Source: Vicugna vicugna
Taxonomy: Eukaryota
Assembly: GCA_013265495.1 (NCBI GenBank)
Contig: MU058584.1
Span: 1,772,616 to 1,836,615, forward strand
Length of the DNA: 64,000 nucleotides
Direction: 5' to 3'
The notes below the pieces were generated by a model. That model saw only the letters and a program-made list of their open reading frames with translations, was not told where the DNA came from and searched no databases. Made by a program: the position numbers and the translations under genes. Of the stretch, positions 51,500 through 64,000 are shown piece by piece; the first letter of the stretch is position 1, and each line of letters begins with the position of its first letter.

Positions 51500-53920
51500 T
51501 AAGGAATGTAAAGAAGTTGAAACATCTGAAAATTATGCAATGTAATTCACATTAACAGACATAGAAAATTAATAAGAACATTTCATATATGAAAAATCAT
51601 TTGATAAAATTCAGCATTCATTCATGGTTTAGAAAAATACTGGAATAGAAGAGAAATTCTTTAGTCCAAAAAAGTATTTCTGCAACACAATATGCAGCAT
51701 GCATCATATTTAATTATAAAATCTGAAGCTTCCCCTTTGATAAAGATCCAGTCAAGGATACCTTCCAGATCCACTTCTGTTTATCATTGTATTAGAGGTG
51801 TTAGCCAACTTAGTAAGATAAGAAAAATAAATAAAAGTATAAAGATTTAAAGAAGAGAAATGAAATTGTTACTTGCAGATTGTATAAATCCATACAGAGA
51901 AAATCCAAAGGAAACCCCAGATAAATAATGACAATCTGTGTGTTTAGCAAGGTTGCTAGATACAGGGTCAATATACAAAAATAAAATGCGTTTTTCTGTA
52001 TCAGTATACCAACAAAAATTTTTTTTGAAAACCAATGCCATTTATAGTGTATCAAAATATCCAGTCCCTATGAATAATTACATCAAAATTATGCATGACA
52101 TCTGCAGTGAAAACTATAAAATGTTATTGAAAGAAGCCAAAGATTGAAGTGAATGGAGCGTAAAGCACGTTCATAAATTGAAAGACCCAGTACAATGTTT
52201 TAAATGTACCTAGACTTTCCAAATTGATCTATAACTTTTCAATGATTACAATCAAAATCCCAAAAGAGGGTGTGTGTGCATATAAGTATATGTGTCCTGG
52301 AATTTGGCAAAATAATTATCCAACTGATATGGAAATAACCATGACCAAAAGTCACCAAAATCCTCTAAAAGAAGAGTTAAAAAGTGAGATAACTTGCTCT
52401 GCCAGATATCAAGATGTTTTATGGAGCTGCAATAATTAAGATCTGGAAATGGACATTTAAAATTCATGACAGAAGTAACACCACAGCTCAGTGGAGAACA
52501 GTAAATGCTGTTGTGTCAACTGAAATATCTGTGCTAAAAAATGAATGTTGACTTCTACTTCAAATACAAAACAAATAAAAATTAATTCCAGTTAGACTAT
52601 AGATCAAACTGTGTAAGGTAAATCAATAACTTCTAGATGATAACACAGAAGATATTCATGACCTTGTGGTGAAGAAGCAGACCTTAAACAGGACATAAAA
52701 AGCAAACAAATGCTAAAGGAAGAGACTGATAATGAGTATATTAAAATTACAGACTTTTCATCTAAAAACACTGCAAGACAATGAAAAAGTAAGACATGGA
52801 GTGGGGAAAAAAATTCAGCACACATAATAAGAAAGGGATAATGGGATGCGAAGGGATAAATTTGGGAGTTTGATATTTGCAAATGTTAGCCACCATATAA
52901 TGAAACTAAATTTTAAAAAGTTTTGTCTGTATAACACAGGGAACTATATTCAATATTTTATAATAACCTTTAATGGAAAAGATTATGTATGTATTTAATG
53001 GAAGTGAATATATGTATGTATATGCATGACTGAGACATTGTGATGTACACAGAAACTGACACATTGTAACTGACTGTATTTCAGTTAAAATTTTTTAATA
53101 AATAAATAAATAACAAGAAAGGGATAATATGTAAAATATAAATTATAAAATTACATAAAATTATATAAAATTATAAAGTTATAAATTAATTAGAAAATAA
53201 CAACTGAAAATCAGATATAAATGCGGGCAACATTTTAAGCTGATATTTCAAAAAAGGGAATACTCAAATAACAAATAAGCATTTTTTAAAAAGTGTGCAG
53301 TGTAATTAGTATTCAGAGAAATCAAAATCAAAATCAAATGTTACTACGTATCTACCAAATGAGCTAAATTTTTTTTAAACTGACAATGCTGATTTTTGGC
53401 AGGAATGTGGATTAATGAACATTCTCGTACTGCTAGTGAAAGTGTTCATTGTCACAGCCATTGAAAAACAATTTGGAATTATTAACTAAAATTTAACATC
53501 CTCCTACCCTGCAACTCAGAAATCCCAGGTATATATGCAACAGAAATCCATGCACATGTGCATGAAGAGTCCTAGACAAAAATGGTCATGGTCACCTTAA
53601 TCATCGTACTTCAAACTGGAAAGAACTCAAATGTGCATCAACAGTAGAATGGGGAAAAAAAAGAAGCTATTTTCACACAATAGAATAAAATGTGGCAATG
53701 AAAATGCAAGAATTAGAGCTACGTGCAACAAAATAAATGAATCCCAAAATACAACATTGAGCAAAAGGAGGCAGGTGAGAAAAAAATGTATACGGCGATT
53801 CCATCTTATATGAAATTCAAATAGCAGGCAAACTTAACAATATTTTTATACTGTGCATTCAGGTGGTAAAACTTGATGAAATACAAGGAAATGTTTACCA
53901 TAAAAGTCAAAATGGCTGGA
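51500..53920 (+). mobile_element. Old L1 (L1ME/L1MC-type) ORF2-3'UTR, fragmented
   Basis: catttgataaaattcagcattcattcatg...tttagcaaggttgctagatacagggtcaatatacaaaa...aaaactataaaatgttattgaaag...gattccatcttatatgaaattcaaa. Confidence 0.85.
52843..53110 (+). mobile_element. Young 5'-truncated L1 3' end (likely camelid lineage) with an 18-bp TSD
   Basis: gggataaatttgggagtttgatatttgcaaatg...cacagggaactatattcaata...cattgtaactgactgtatttca plus a (taaa)n tail. TSD taataagaaagggataat (52825-52842) / taacaagaaagggataat (53111-53128). Confidence 0.88.
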
Positions 53921-53979
53921 ATATGATGAACGAGGAAGGTAAGGGTAAGAGACGAGATCTGAGCATTTTCAGTGCATCA

Positions 53980-54370
53980 GGTCATATATACACAGCCTTG
54001 GAGCACGTTGTGAAGAGTCTTAATTTTATTCTGAGTCAGATGGAAAACCACTGGAGGGCTTTGGGCAAAGGAGCGACATGAATGAAACTGCATTTTAAGA
54101 GGTTCATTCTGATCTCGATGTGACAAATAGACTGCAGAAATGTAAGGACGGAGACTAGCTGGGAGGCTATGGCAGTAGCCCAGGTGAGAAATGATGGCGG
54201 CATGAACCAAGAAATAGTGGTGGAAATAGGAAGGAGTGGTTAAGCTCCAGATATAATCCAAAGGCAGAATTGATGGACTGGAGATGCAAGGAAGCCAAGA
54301 AGGAAAAGATGCCAAAATATTTCATCTGAAAAACTGGATAGAGTGTTGCCATTTAATGAGATGAGGAAAA
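53980..54370 (-). mobile_element. L2 (antisense)
   Basis: ttttattctgagtcagatggaaaaccactggagggctttg...ggaggctatggcagtagcccaggtgagaaatgatgg...gttgccatttaatgagatg. Confidence 0.8.
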
Positions 54371-54964
54371 TACATGAAATATGACCATACTCTCCAGTGT
54401 AATGTACTATAAAATCATTAAATAGAATTATTTCCTATGAATAAATTAGAGCCTCTTTTAAGTTACTTTATTAAAAATAGCATAGCCACTGGCGAGTTGA
54501 ATGGGCCCCCTTCCCCAACGTTTCTAAACACCGCTCTGCAGAGTGTAGAAGTTTTGATTCGTAAGCTGGCTTACTTCTTCTGATCTCTAATGTACAATCC
54601 TATATTCCAGGGACTTGGACGATCATTCTTTTAAATTTTTTTTGAAGTGAAAAATAAAATGAGTTAAATGTTAACCAAAGTTTAGGCTAAACCTCAAAAC
54701 GTATTTCCCCCTACCCACCGAGATGTGTGTTCTTGAATTTTTCTTATACTTTTCTGAAACTCCCACAAGTATCCAGGTATCTTGGATTTAGAGCAGAATA
54801 ACTCACTTGGAGGTGCTATCTGCCCACTGAGCTCTCATGGTGGAGGATCAATGTTCATTGCCTGTGGTCTTGAAGAACAAAATGCTAATAAGGACAAGGT
54901 TTGAGGTTCTGGACAGAGGTGAACTGGAAAACTTAATAACCTAGGACAGATTAAACTCCTAACT

Positions 54965-55220
54965 AATGCAGTAATTAAGAGCATGAGCTCTGGAATCAGG
55001 GAGTCGGGGGTTCAAATCCTAGTCACGCCACTTAAATACAGTCTGACTTTGAGCAAGTTATTTCACCACTTTGGACTGTACTCTCCCCTTCTGAAAAATT
55101 GGATTTAAAATAAGATCTTTTTTGGAGAATTACTGTGAGGACTGGATAATATGATCTATTATAAAGAACTTGGCAAAGGACCTAGCATATAATTTTAAAT
55201 GCATAATAGGTGTTAGCCAA
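54965..55220 (+). mobile_element. MIR SINE
   Basis: aagagcatgagctctggaatcag...gggttcaaatcctagtcacgccactta...tgactttgagcaagtta. Confidence 0.85.
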
Positions 55221-56419
55221 ACACATTTGCCAGAAAACAGTAAGGATTCAGCTGGCTTGGAGAGGAGTAACCTGCCCGTAGTAGGTAGGCAATCTCAGTC
55301 TTGACTTCCTTTCAACTTAATTTAACTGAAAATGTCTCCACTGCTGGAAATAATGACTTATCAATAGTACTTGACTTTTATTTTTTTTTCCCTCATGGGC
55401 AGATCAGCACATTTGTTTGAAGTCACATTATTTTGGATAATTAGAAGGAAGAAAGAGGTTAGTCTGGAATAAAGATTATACGCCGTGGATTTGAAAAAAA
55501 TCACAGTTGTTGCTATTGCTTGAGCTAACACTGGCGTCTTCTTCTCTGAATTAAATGATTTTCATTGAGCCCACATTTGGTTCTCCGCCCTTACAACAGG
55601 GAGTTCCAGTGGGTGATTGAAGCCCTGCATAAAAAGATGTATCTTACACCTTTGCCTGAAAATTATTATGTCAGCACCATGCCTGAATGCCAGTTGAATT
55701 GAAATGTGTGATTTCCTTAAGAACATGTGTTGACAGTTACTTTCCTCATTGGTCTCTCCTCTTGGTTCCAAGAGCCCATAAAATCTTACAACCACACAAA
55801 CCAAAATTATATGGGAGACATTTAGTTATGTTTGGCACAAACTAGGTTGTGTGTGAGTGGAACCTTCCTCCTTTCTTTGGGCATTGGCTCGGCTCTACCC
55901 TGAATGGTGTTTCCATCTTCCTCTGGTCCAGCTATTGCTTCCCAGAGTGTCTTCCCCATGCATCGTCCGACACACCTCCCTCTCCGGGAGAGGCTGTCGA
56001 CCTCTCTTACTCGCTAAGGTGAGCAGGCATGTTGTATTCTCACTTAACAATCCCTGAGACATATCACCGAAGTAAAGTTAAGCTCTGGATTATAAAGCTT
56101 TCTGGCACCTCAGTGATTTTCAAGGCCACTCAAGGAGCTTTGCGAATACAAGGAGGTCTTTAACAGACAGCTCTCACTCAGCTTAACAACTGCAGCGACC
56201 CAGGAAGGAGGACTTGGCTGTCGACGCTGCAGAGCTTTTTTCCTCTTTCTTTTAACACAGTGACACCAGTCGATCCCGAACCCCTCCACAGCATGTCCCC
56301 AAGTATGATTTAATGTGTGTTAGGTTAGGTAGAAATATCAAATACCGAAGGAAGCCACGTAATGCCACAAAGTCGTTTACATGACCTGCTGGGCTATCTG
56401 GATGGAAAAAGGATCATCA

Positions 56420-56780
56420 TGAAACTTCTTATATTAAAACCTTTCAGTGGCTTCAGAATAAAATAAAAGTGCCATAATTTGAAACAAACAAACAAAAAAC
56501 CCTTCCTGACCAGGTCTTTATTCACTTTATGGCCTTATTAGGTTATCTTCCTCTTCTTAGACACCCACACACACACACACACACACAGGATGCACGTGCC
56601 TTCTCATTTCACTAGGTCTCTGCCTGGAATGGTCTCTCTTTCTCTGCCGGTTGAACTCTTATCCGTCCTTGATGATTTAGCTTAAGCATCACGTCCTCCG
56701 GGAAGCCTTCCTTGATACACGTGCTGTCCTCCGAGGATGGCACACTGCCCCGCACTGTGATAGAGTTGAAATGATCCAAA
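56420..56780 (+). mobile_element. L2 fragment with an embedded (CA)n at 56566-56587
   Basis: aaaacctttcagtggctt...tctctgcctggaatg...tttagcttaagcatcacgtcctccgggaagccttccttga. Confidence 0.65.
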
Positions 56781-56969
56781 TAACTTGGTTCTAAACAATC
56801 TCTACGTTTTAGGTACTCTTCAATACCCAAAATGTGCTCCTGAGGATTTAAGTGCAAACAGAATTTCTATAGATAAATCTTATTATAATACATATAGGCA
56901 GTGCTATTGCAAAGAAATCAAATCATGAATTTAGTTCTTAAGGAAAACCTTCCCTAAGCAGATTTACAT

Positions 56970-57160
56970 CAATTATTATACATGTATATTATCATTATGT
57001 ATTATATTATATAGCATATATAATTCTATGTATAATAATAAGTATTATAAATACTGTTATAAATAATAAATATTTATATTTATAATAATAATAAATACAT
57101 ATAAAAATAAATAAATAGTATTTATAATACTTATTATTATACATGTATATTATATGTTTT
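56970..57160. repeat. AT-rich low-complexity tract
   Basis: Directly visible (tat/ata)n. Confidence 0.85.
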
Positions 57161-58318
57161 TTCCATATTTTAAAAATTTGGGTTAAAGCATACCAAAAAT
57201 ACTTGATGTACTCTGAATCGGCGAGCCTCTGTCGGTTGACTTGTTTTGTATCATCCATGAGCAGATCCACATCTAAAGCTAATGGATAGGAAGACATCTC
57301 ACCCTAAAGAATTTTTAATCCCAGATACAGTAGCTCTCAAAATGTTATAAATCCCAGTGTAACCCCTAGCAATGCTGCTAACATTTAGTACATTGACCCT
57401 TTAATTATATGCTTCTAATAGTTACTAATGTCTGAGAAATGTGTCTTTGGGGACTGCATTTACATAATAGAAGAAATAGTGGACTTAGAAAGAAAAGACC
57501 TTGAAATTCAGAATCGGGGGTGGGAACGTGCCTTCATTTAAAACCTGCTGAGATCCTTTGGGGCATCTGTAAAAAGCCTTTCCTCTAGGTACCCAGTGTT
57601 CTCTATAAAGCAGACTTTGTCTCCCAGAGAAGAAAGAAATTAATCGTGTAAAGTATCCTGAAAGAGGAGACACAGTCAACGTTGAATAGCCAATTTAGGA
57701 AAGAAAAAAAAAAATCAACCTACATGGGCCGTGGCTTATGAGAAGATGACTTCTAATTAGAAATATCAGAGCTCCCAAAGCGTCCCCCCATTCACAGCCA
57801 GTAAAGCCTGCGGTGACCGTGGACACCCTGGACACCCACAGGCACGGCACGCATCACCCACCGGGCCTGATTGTACGAGAGGTGTTACCACCTTTCGGTT
57901 TATGCTTTGTGTTTGTGTGGCTAAGGGTTTTCACTGACTCCGCCAGAGATAAAATCATCTCCAAACAGACACAAGCGTGCAATCAAATTTGGACCATCAA
58001 TGATTACTGCAGCATGGAGAAGCACAGATTCTCGGTGGCCCTGCGTACAACACAGTTTAGCTTTAATTTCAGTGTTTTGCAAACCATTATATCCCTCAGC
58101 CAGCTTTTCCTAATGCACACATGCTTATTATGGTGGCATTAATTTCGGGTAGATAACAACCCCAGGGCACCGTCTCCATTTTTTAAAAAATCAGTACCTC
58201 TAAACTTCTAAATTCTCTACTGTGCTGAAGACACGCTCTTTCACCCCTAGAGGTTTAAAGCAAGTAACGAAAAGCTTACAAAAATAGTAGATATTCATTT
58301 AGTTTCTCCTGATGGATA

Positions 58319-58754
58319 TGAGACAAGAGGGAAAGGGGCAAGGTACAATCACTGAAGGAATGACACAGCAATGTCCTGAGGACAGGATAAACTGGTTAGA
58401 ACCAAGATGGCAGAAGATTCGACTTCCAGTAGACCTTGAGCCTCACAGCACGCCCACAGGCGCCATGGCAGGTCCTAGGCTGACCATGAAAGGTTGAAAG
58501 TGGGAGAAGCCAGATTCCTAAAATCCCCTGCCCCTTCTCCAAAATAGTTGGAATAATCCTCCCATTCGTTAGCATATGAAATTATGGAGTCCATAAAAAC
58601 GAATGACCCTGCATCTCGTGGTCTCTCTCTTGCCTTCTGAGATGGCCCACACTCTATGGAGTGTGTATCTCCCCAATTAAACTTGCTTTCATCTTATTAT
58701 GCCTTACTCTTGAATTCTTTCCCGCGTAAGACAAGAACCTGTTCTCCAGTAACA
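58319..58754 (+). mobile_element. ERV1 solo LTR (MER41-like, cetartiodactyl type), 436 bp
   Basis: TG...CA termini, 4-bp TSD gata (58315-58318) / gaca (58755-58758), aaccaagatggc, cgccatggcag, ccataaaaa TATA-like box, attaaa, and cttgaattctttcccgcg...caagaacc. Confidence 0.8.
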
Positions 58755-59009
58755 GACAGCTGCTAATCAGGTCTTCCATTTTGTGAAGGAAACTAGGTGC
58801 TAGAGATCTATTTCCTTTGTAGCCAAAAAAGGACTTTTTTTAGATTGAAAAATATATAGAACCCCAACCATATGTAGGGTGAAGATGGAGGATGTGATGT
58901 TATAAAAGGCTCCAGCAGGACTATGTTTGAACATCTCTGGGCAACCCAGTCATAACATTTGGGGAAGGTATGCCCTAGGGTGAACCCATCATATATGATA
59001 ATAATACCT

Positions 59010-59230
59010 TCCATCTAGTAAACGTACCTGGCATTTGTACAATTCACACAATATTTCCCATAACTTAACTGGAGTAAAACAACAATCTTGTAAATCAAGC
59101 AAGGAATATATTATTCCCATTTTATCACTGAGGCAACGGAGGCTGAGATGATCATTTGCTCACACTCAAAAGTTAGCAAGTAGCAGATCCAGCAGTAGAA
59201 TCCATTGTCTGCTTCTTAGATTATTCCAGA
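59010..59230 (-). mobile_element. MIR SINE
   Basis: attattcccattttatcactgaggcaacggaggctgaga...ttagcaagtagcaga. Confidence 0.7.
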
Positions 59231-60499
59231 TTCTAATTGGTTTGGTCTTGGGGGACCCAAAAACCTAAATCAAGAACCAGCAGAACAGAATAGATGTTCC
59301 CCCTATGATTTTCCGTACCCTCCCACACTAATTATCCCATGTCAATGGAGCTGAAAGCTTCTCCGCCATTTGTTGATTTGTATGATTCGATGGGAACCAT
59401 GTCCTCAACTCTCTGTTGCGTCTGACAGAGGAAACCCGGGGCTGGTACATGCTTGCTCAGAGGCACTCTCGCCCTTCTGCCTCCACCCATAAATCACAGA
59501 GCCTTTGAGAAGGCAGCCACCTCTGGGCTGAGCACAGCAAGTGTTGAACTGTGAGTAATAATTTATACTGCAGAGTAATTTCAGACTGAAAGTGAAAAAG
59601 ATTTCTCGACCCTCCTAACGCTGGAAGGGGACGTAAGTCATATAATTTTATGCCAGCAACACATGTATCATATGAAGGGGGAAATATTCTTTCGATGACC
59701 TGAATGTTATGTGTTGTCATTAAAATATGTTTAGCCAAGGCTGTGGCTCAATTTGAAGCCCATTTGAGGGTACGTGTCATACTTGGTCTCAGGCAGGACC
59801 TGAAGCCAATTTAGAGAGTGTGTATTATGAGACGTCTTCATGTTAGAGGTGTGAAATTTACAGTCAATAGAAAGTAATTTTCTGATTGAATTTGGCCCGA
59901 GCATTGCAATGGATACAAGTGAGAATGCCATGGGACCCGCAGTATCCATCAATGACAGATTTGGGGGTTTAAATTCTCTCTCCAAGCAGAGTCAGGGCAA
60001 GCAAGATGCAGAACTGGACAAAAACCATAAAGAAGTTGGCTAAATTAAATTCTTCCAGACACAATCTCCTATATAAAGCTTCCTCAAAAGTTGTCTGTAA
60101 GCCTTTGTTCATTACAATCTTGGCAAGTAGATCTCCAGATAAGAGCTCTCTCCTTTTTTCATGCCCTCTTGCTTCCAATTTCTGCAATTTGGGAACTTCT
60201 GCAATCTCATTTATGCCCATATTTCTAGGTATTCTAAGATTTTTTTTTCATGTAAGCTTGCTTAGGACCCAGGCATCAAGAAAAGTCATCATTTCTAGAC
60301 CTTCATTTGTAGCTTGGAGAGTTAGAAGAATTTCTCAGAATCTTGGAACTCTATCTCACCATGCCCATTTTTTATGCCGTAAGATCCAGCTCATGAGTTC
60401 CAAAGCCCGTGAACAGTGTGGCAATCTAACCTATTCCTGGAGCCCTATCAGACCCCTGACCAGTGCCTGAATATTCCACCCAGCTTCATGCTTGGGCTC

Positions 60500-60775
60500 T
60501 ATCCAGGCCAACTGACTCAGAAACTCTATATTTAGTAACCCTTGCATTATTTTTTTTCCAAAACTCCCCAGGAGATTCTACTATGCATACAAAATGAAAA
60601 CAGTTACCCTAACAATTAATTCTAACCCAGACTTTAATGTACATAGAAATCACCTGCAGAGCTTTTTAAAATTTTGTCTCAGTTGCCTGGGTAGAATCAG
60701 AGTCTGCATTTCTAACAAGCTTCTAGGTGAGGCTGATGCCGTTGGTCCATGGATCATATTTTATGTATCAAAGTT
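60500..60775. mobile_element. Two adjacent MER5-type hAT-Charlie fragments
   Basis: aactgactcagaaactct...aaactccccaggagattct and aatcacctgcagagctttttaaaa...tctgcatttctaacaagcttctaggtgaggctgatgccgttggtcc. Confidence 0.7.
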
Positions 60776-61717
60776 CTAACCTATTCCTTCAAAAGTTAGC
60801 TCAAAAGAGGTATCTTCTATAAAGATTTTCTTTATGTTCTCAGGCAGGTTTAAGCCCTCTACTCCTTTTGCATTCTCAAACATCAGTCATAGTCTTACAA
60901 GTGTTCTTTAGTTGATCATTTACTTGTTTACCTCCCTACACACACATACGTAATCCCAATATACCCTAAGCTTAGGGGCAAAGGCAGTGACTTACTCATT
61001 CCTATTGTCACTTCCTATCATAGATGTTTGATAAATGTTATAAAGGAAGAAAAAGTGAGAAATAGAATAGAATGTACAAACCTTCTGGTACCTCTTGATC
61101 ACTTTGAAGTATCTACCACGCAGCGAAGCTATCCTCATAGCTTAATTCCAAGTGAATGTTCAGTAACTTAATTCCATATTATAATTCTGAAGAATCAATT
61201 ACTGATTCTGTGTGTTTACTAATTCAAGGGTCCTCTGACAGAATTTGTCAACTATGTAGAAGTGTTTCAGTTAGCTACTGCTGCATAACAAACTTGCAAA
61301 ATTCTGCAGCTTCCATAAATAAACACTTAACTATTGCTCACAAGTTATGAGTCATCTGGCTGACAATAGGATTTAATAAAGAGATCAACAAGCACTCCTT
61401 TCTCTAGTAAGAGTTCCGTGCTTCAGTTACAATACTTTATCAACTATTAGGTTGATAAAAAAAACTGCATTCTCTGTGGTGAAGTGCCTGCTCTCTTATA
61501 TCTGCATCACATCTTGGGCAATCGGAGTTATATAGAAAATTATAGGAATTTTCCTTTCTATGGTTCAGTATTTTTCTCAAAGTGCTTTTACATGTTTCAG
61601 TGTCATTTAATGATGTTTATCATTTTATCTGTGTAAATGAAAGAGAAATAGATTTTTTTATTAAACTGATCCCAAATTTTAATACCCAAATTAAATAACT
61701 CAGTTCTCAATCTCTCT

Positions 61718-61753
61718 TGATAGATAGAAGATAGATAGATAGATAGATAGATA
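61718..61753. repeat. (GATA)n tetranucleotide microsatellite
   Basis: Directly visible. Confidence 0.92.
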
Positions 61754-63606
61754 GGCATTATGTGTATACTATACCTATATTCCTCTCTTAGAACAGCATT
61801 CAGATTCAGTTACTTTATGTTTTCATATGATCAAGTCTCTGGAAAAGACCTCTGTGTTTAAAAATATTTTTTTCTAATCCTGCCAAAAAAGCTAAAATTC
61901 TAACCAGGGTATCTAAAATTCCTTTGAGTATTAAAATGCAAATATTACTTGGGAAGATTAATATGTGATTTAATTACTATCCACTAGTGGCTTAATTTGA
62001 GTTTGTCAATATCATAAATGTGGATAAAATCTTGAAGAAAAGGAACTTATAACAGGTACCTTTGGAACAGAATGGGAGGTTCTCCACATGCACCCCCTGC
62101 TAAGAAAGGTAAGAAAAATCCCTCTGGGATGTAATTCAAAAATCCCAAAAGAGCTAAGGGTCACTGTGAGGCTCCTGGGTTGCCGAGGAGCAGATGGCAA
62201 GTGCTGGACAGAATCCAAGGAGAATAAGAGATCGAGAAATTGGGCAAGACGAGAGTTCTGCAGGAAAAAAAAAAAAAACTGTCTCCTTTTATACAGTCCC
62301 AGCAGTCAGCTAACAATTGCATAGATTTTCTGCATTACAGAAGTGACCCTTTTTCACTGAAAAATCTATTCATTTTGCAAAAAAGCAAGAAATCACTTTC
62401 TGATACTTTTAGCTGGGAGACCGAGAATTTACGTTTGCTATTCAGGCAAATCTCTCTCCTTTATTCTCCTTCACCTTCTCTGTTTATCTTATTACAGTTG
62501 TGCACCAACTCTTTCTTATGTCTCCCCCTTTTCATTCATCCTACCCCTTTCTTGTCCCGTCTATTATTCTCTCATTGTTATAAAAGCAAGATGATCTCCG
62601 GTGGGGGAGAGGGGGGCGGGAGGAAAGTGACAGAACAAATGAAGCACAAACAGCTCCCTTAGAAAGGTCAGAAGGAGTTTTAAGTAGAAATGTCATTGTT
62701 ATTCTGTCACAAAAATAATAGAGCTAAACTGCGTGCACGAGGGGTGGCTTCTACTTTTCTGGAGCAGGAAATGATGAAATGCTCTTTTCTGAGGTTTGAC
62801 TTTTAATCCAGAGTTGTGTTAAAAAAAAAAAAAAGTCTTAATCCGTCTGTTAATTTCCCCACACACCGCCCCACAAGCTTCCATTCGCATGGACAACCCC
62901 AGGATGGGACAGATGCGGCAAGTATCTGGAGTGCTTTGCATTCATCTTTCTCCCGGCGATTAGAAGAATCTCTGATGGACTCAGACTAACTGTGCTGATT
63001 GGCGATGGGGCCCAAGGCCAGAAGAGCATTAAGCACATGTACTAGTTGTCCCCTCTCTGCCAGAATCTGACATATCCAAGGCTTATAATCCATTAGCATC
63101 CCTCTTTCTTTCCTTCCTTCTCATAATACAGTAGGGACCAAAAAGAGTTAATCAGTGGAAGACAAGAAGCTAATAAGATGAAGCAGTCAAAGAGAATAGG
63201 TCTTTTTAATCCTCAGCAGCAGTGTCCAAGGTCTGAACCTATTCAGCCCTCAGGAGTGAGCCCTTTACAAATAGCCTACACAATGAAAAAAAAAAAAAAA
63301 GTCCCTAAGAAGATGCTTGGTAAAGCCATCTAGCAATGACACTTTATTTCCATGCCATTCTTAATTTTTCTTTTCAGAACAGGTTCTCAGACTACTTTAT
63401 TTCACCTTCACAGGAACTTCAAGAGGTTGGGCAAGTGTGTTTAACCCCATTTGGTAAACAAGGAAGAAGCGCGAGGTGAAGGGGGACGAGGTAAATGTCC
63501 TGGCGTTAGTTGGCTTGAGAACATAGTGGGAACATCAGATCCAGTGGCTGGTGTCAGTAGAAGGTCTGCAGCATTGCCTTAGCACCTCACCTGAAGTCCC
63601 GTTAGA

Positions 63607-63648
63607 CCTGTGCGTCTGTGTGTCTGTGTGTCTGTGTGTGCGTGTGTG
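63607..63648. repeat. (TG)-rich / (gtgtgtct)n simple repeat
   Basis: Directly visible. Confidence 0.85.
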
Positions 63649-64000
63649 TAGGGATGTGCTTTGCATATCAAAAAAACGAGTGATACTTGTCATTTTATGG
63701 TGATCTAGAAAAAAAACACATTTCCCCCATATCCAGCTCCAGAATTAAGTAACTCCTTTGATCTCTCACCTTTAATTATTGAATCTTTGTATCAACTCCA
63801 CCCTTGCAGTCACTTTGACAGCAAATGCTGGGTTTGTGTTCCCAGTTGCCATCGGAGACAAAGCCACTCCGTCTGGAGGATGACTCTCATAACGTTATTT
63901 TTTAACTCCATCTCATAAAGCCTGTTCTGTATAAATATATTTTAATTAATTAATAAACAGGATATAATGAATTCTGGCAGGGTGACATTTGAGCACAAAG

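Noticed and set aside
54995..55035. tRNA-like GGTTCAAATCC B-box
   Set aside because: Part of a MIR head, with no cloverleaf. The same applies to the SINE head at 42565-42635.
55670..55692. REST/NRSE-like TCAGCACC
   Set aside because: Only the left half-site; the GGACAG half is absent.
59400..60470. Longer ORFs (60006-60470, 154 aa; 59969-60220) and a faint RTE-X/L4-like 'PSQRLC' phrase
   Set aside because: No recognisable domain, splice framing or consistent motif series. Not supportable without a search.
62046..62115. Plus-strand micro-exon candidate (ataacag|...AAAG|gtaaga)
   Set aside because: No polypyrimidine tract, no recognisable peptide and no partner exons.

Overview
This is AT-rich placental-mammal DNA, most likely camelid: the tRNA-derived SINE at about 42461-42636 matches my recollection of the camelid Vic-1 SINE. 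I see no intact protein-coding gene, RNA gene or CRISPR array. Most of the window is decayed interspersed repeat (L1, L2, MIR, hAT DNA transposons, MaLR/ERVL/ERV1 LTRs); family names come from remembered consensus sequences and need RepeatMasker/Dfam confirmation. Three things stand out. (1) A near full-length (~480 codon) decayed FLYWCH-zinc-finger + MULE/Mutator DDE transposase lies on the minus strand at 41500-43144. It is fragmented in the ORF track, interrupted by the SINE, and framed by a splice acceptor, a strong Kozak ATG and an AATAAA, with an LTR-like 3' end just upstream and no TIRs visible. (2) A very recent, ~99.8% identical 2909-bp head-to-tail duplication spans 12370-18183, with a 4-nt junction and substitutions clustered next to it. 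(3) Textbook minus-strand splice signals, including a 97-nt intron, sit inside the duplicated unit, suggesting duplicated exons of a non-coding or UTR transcript.
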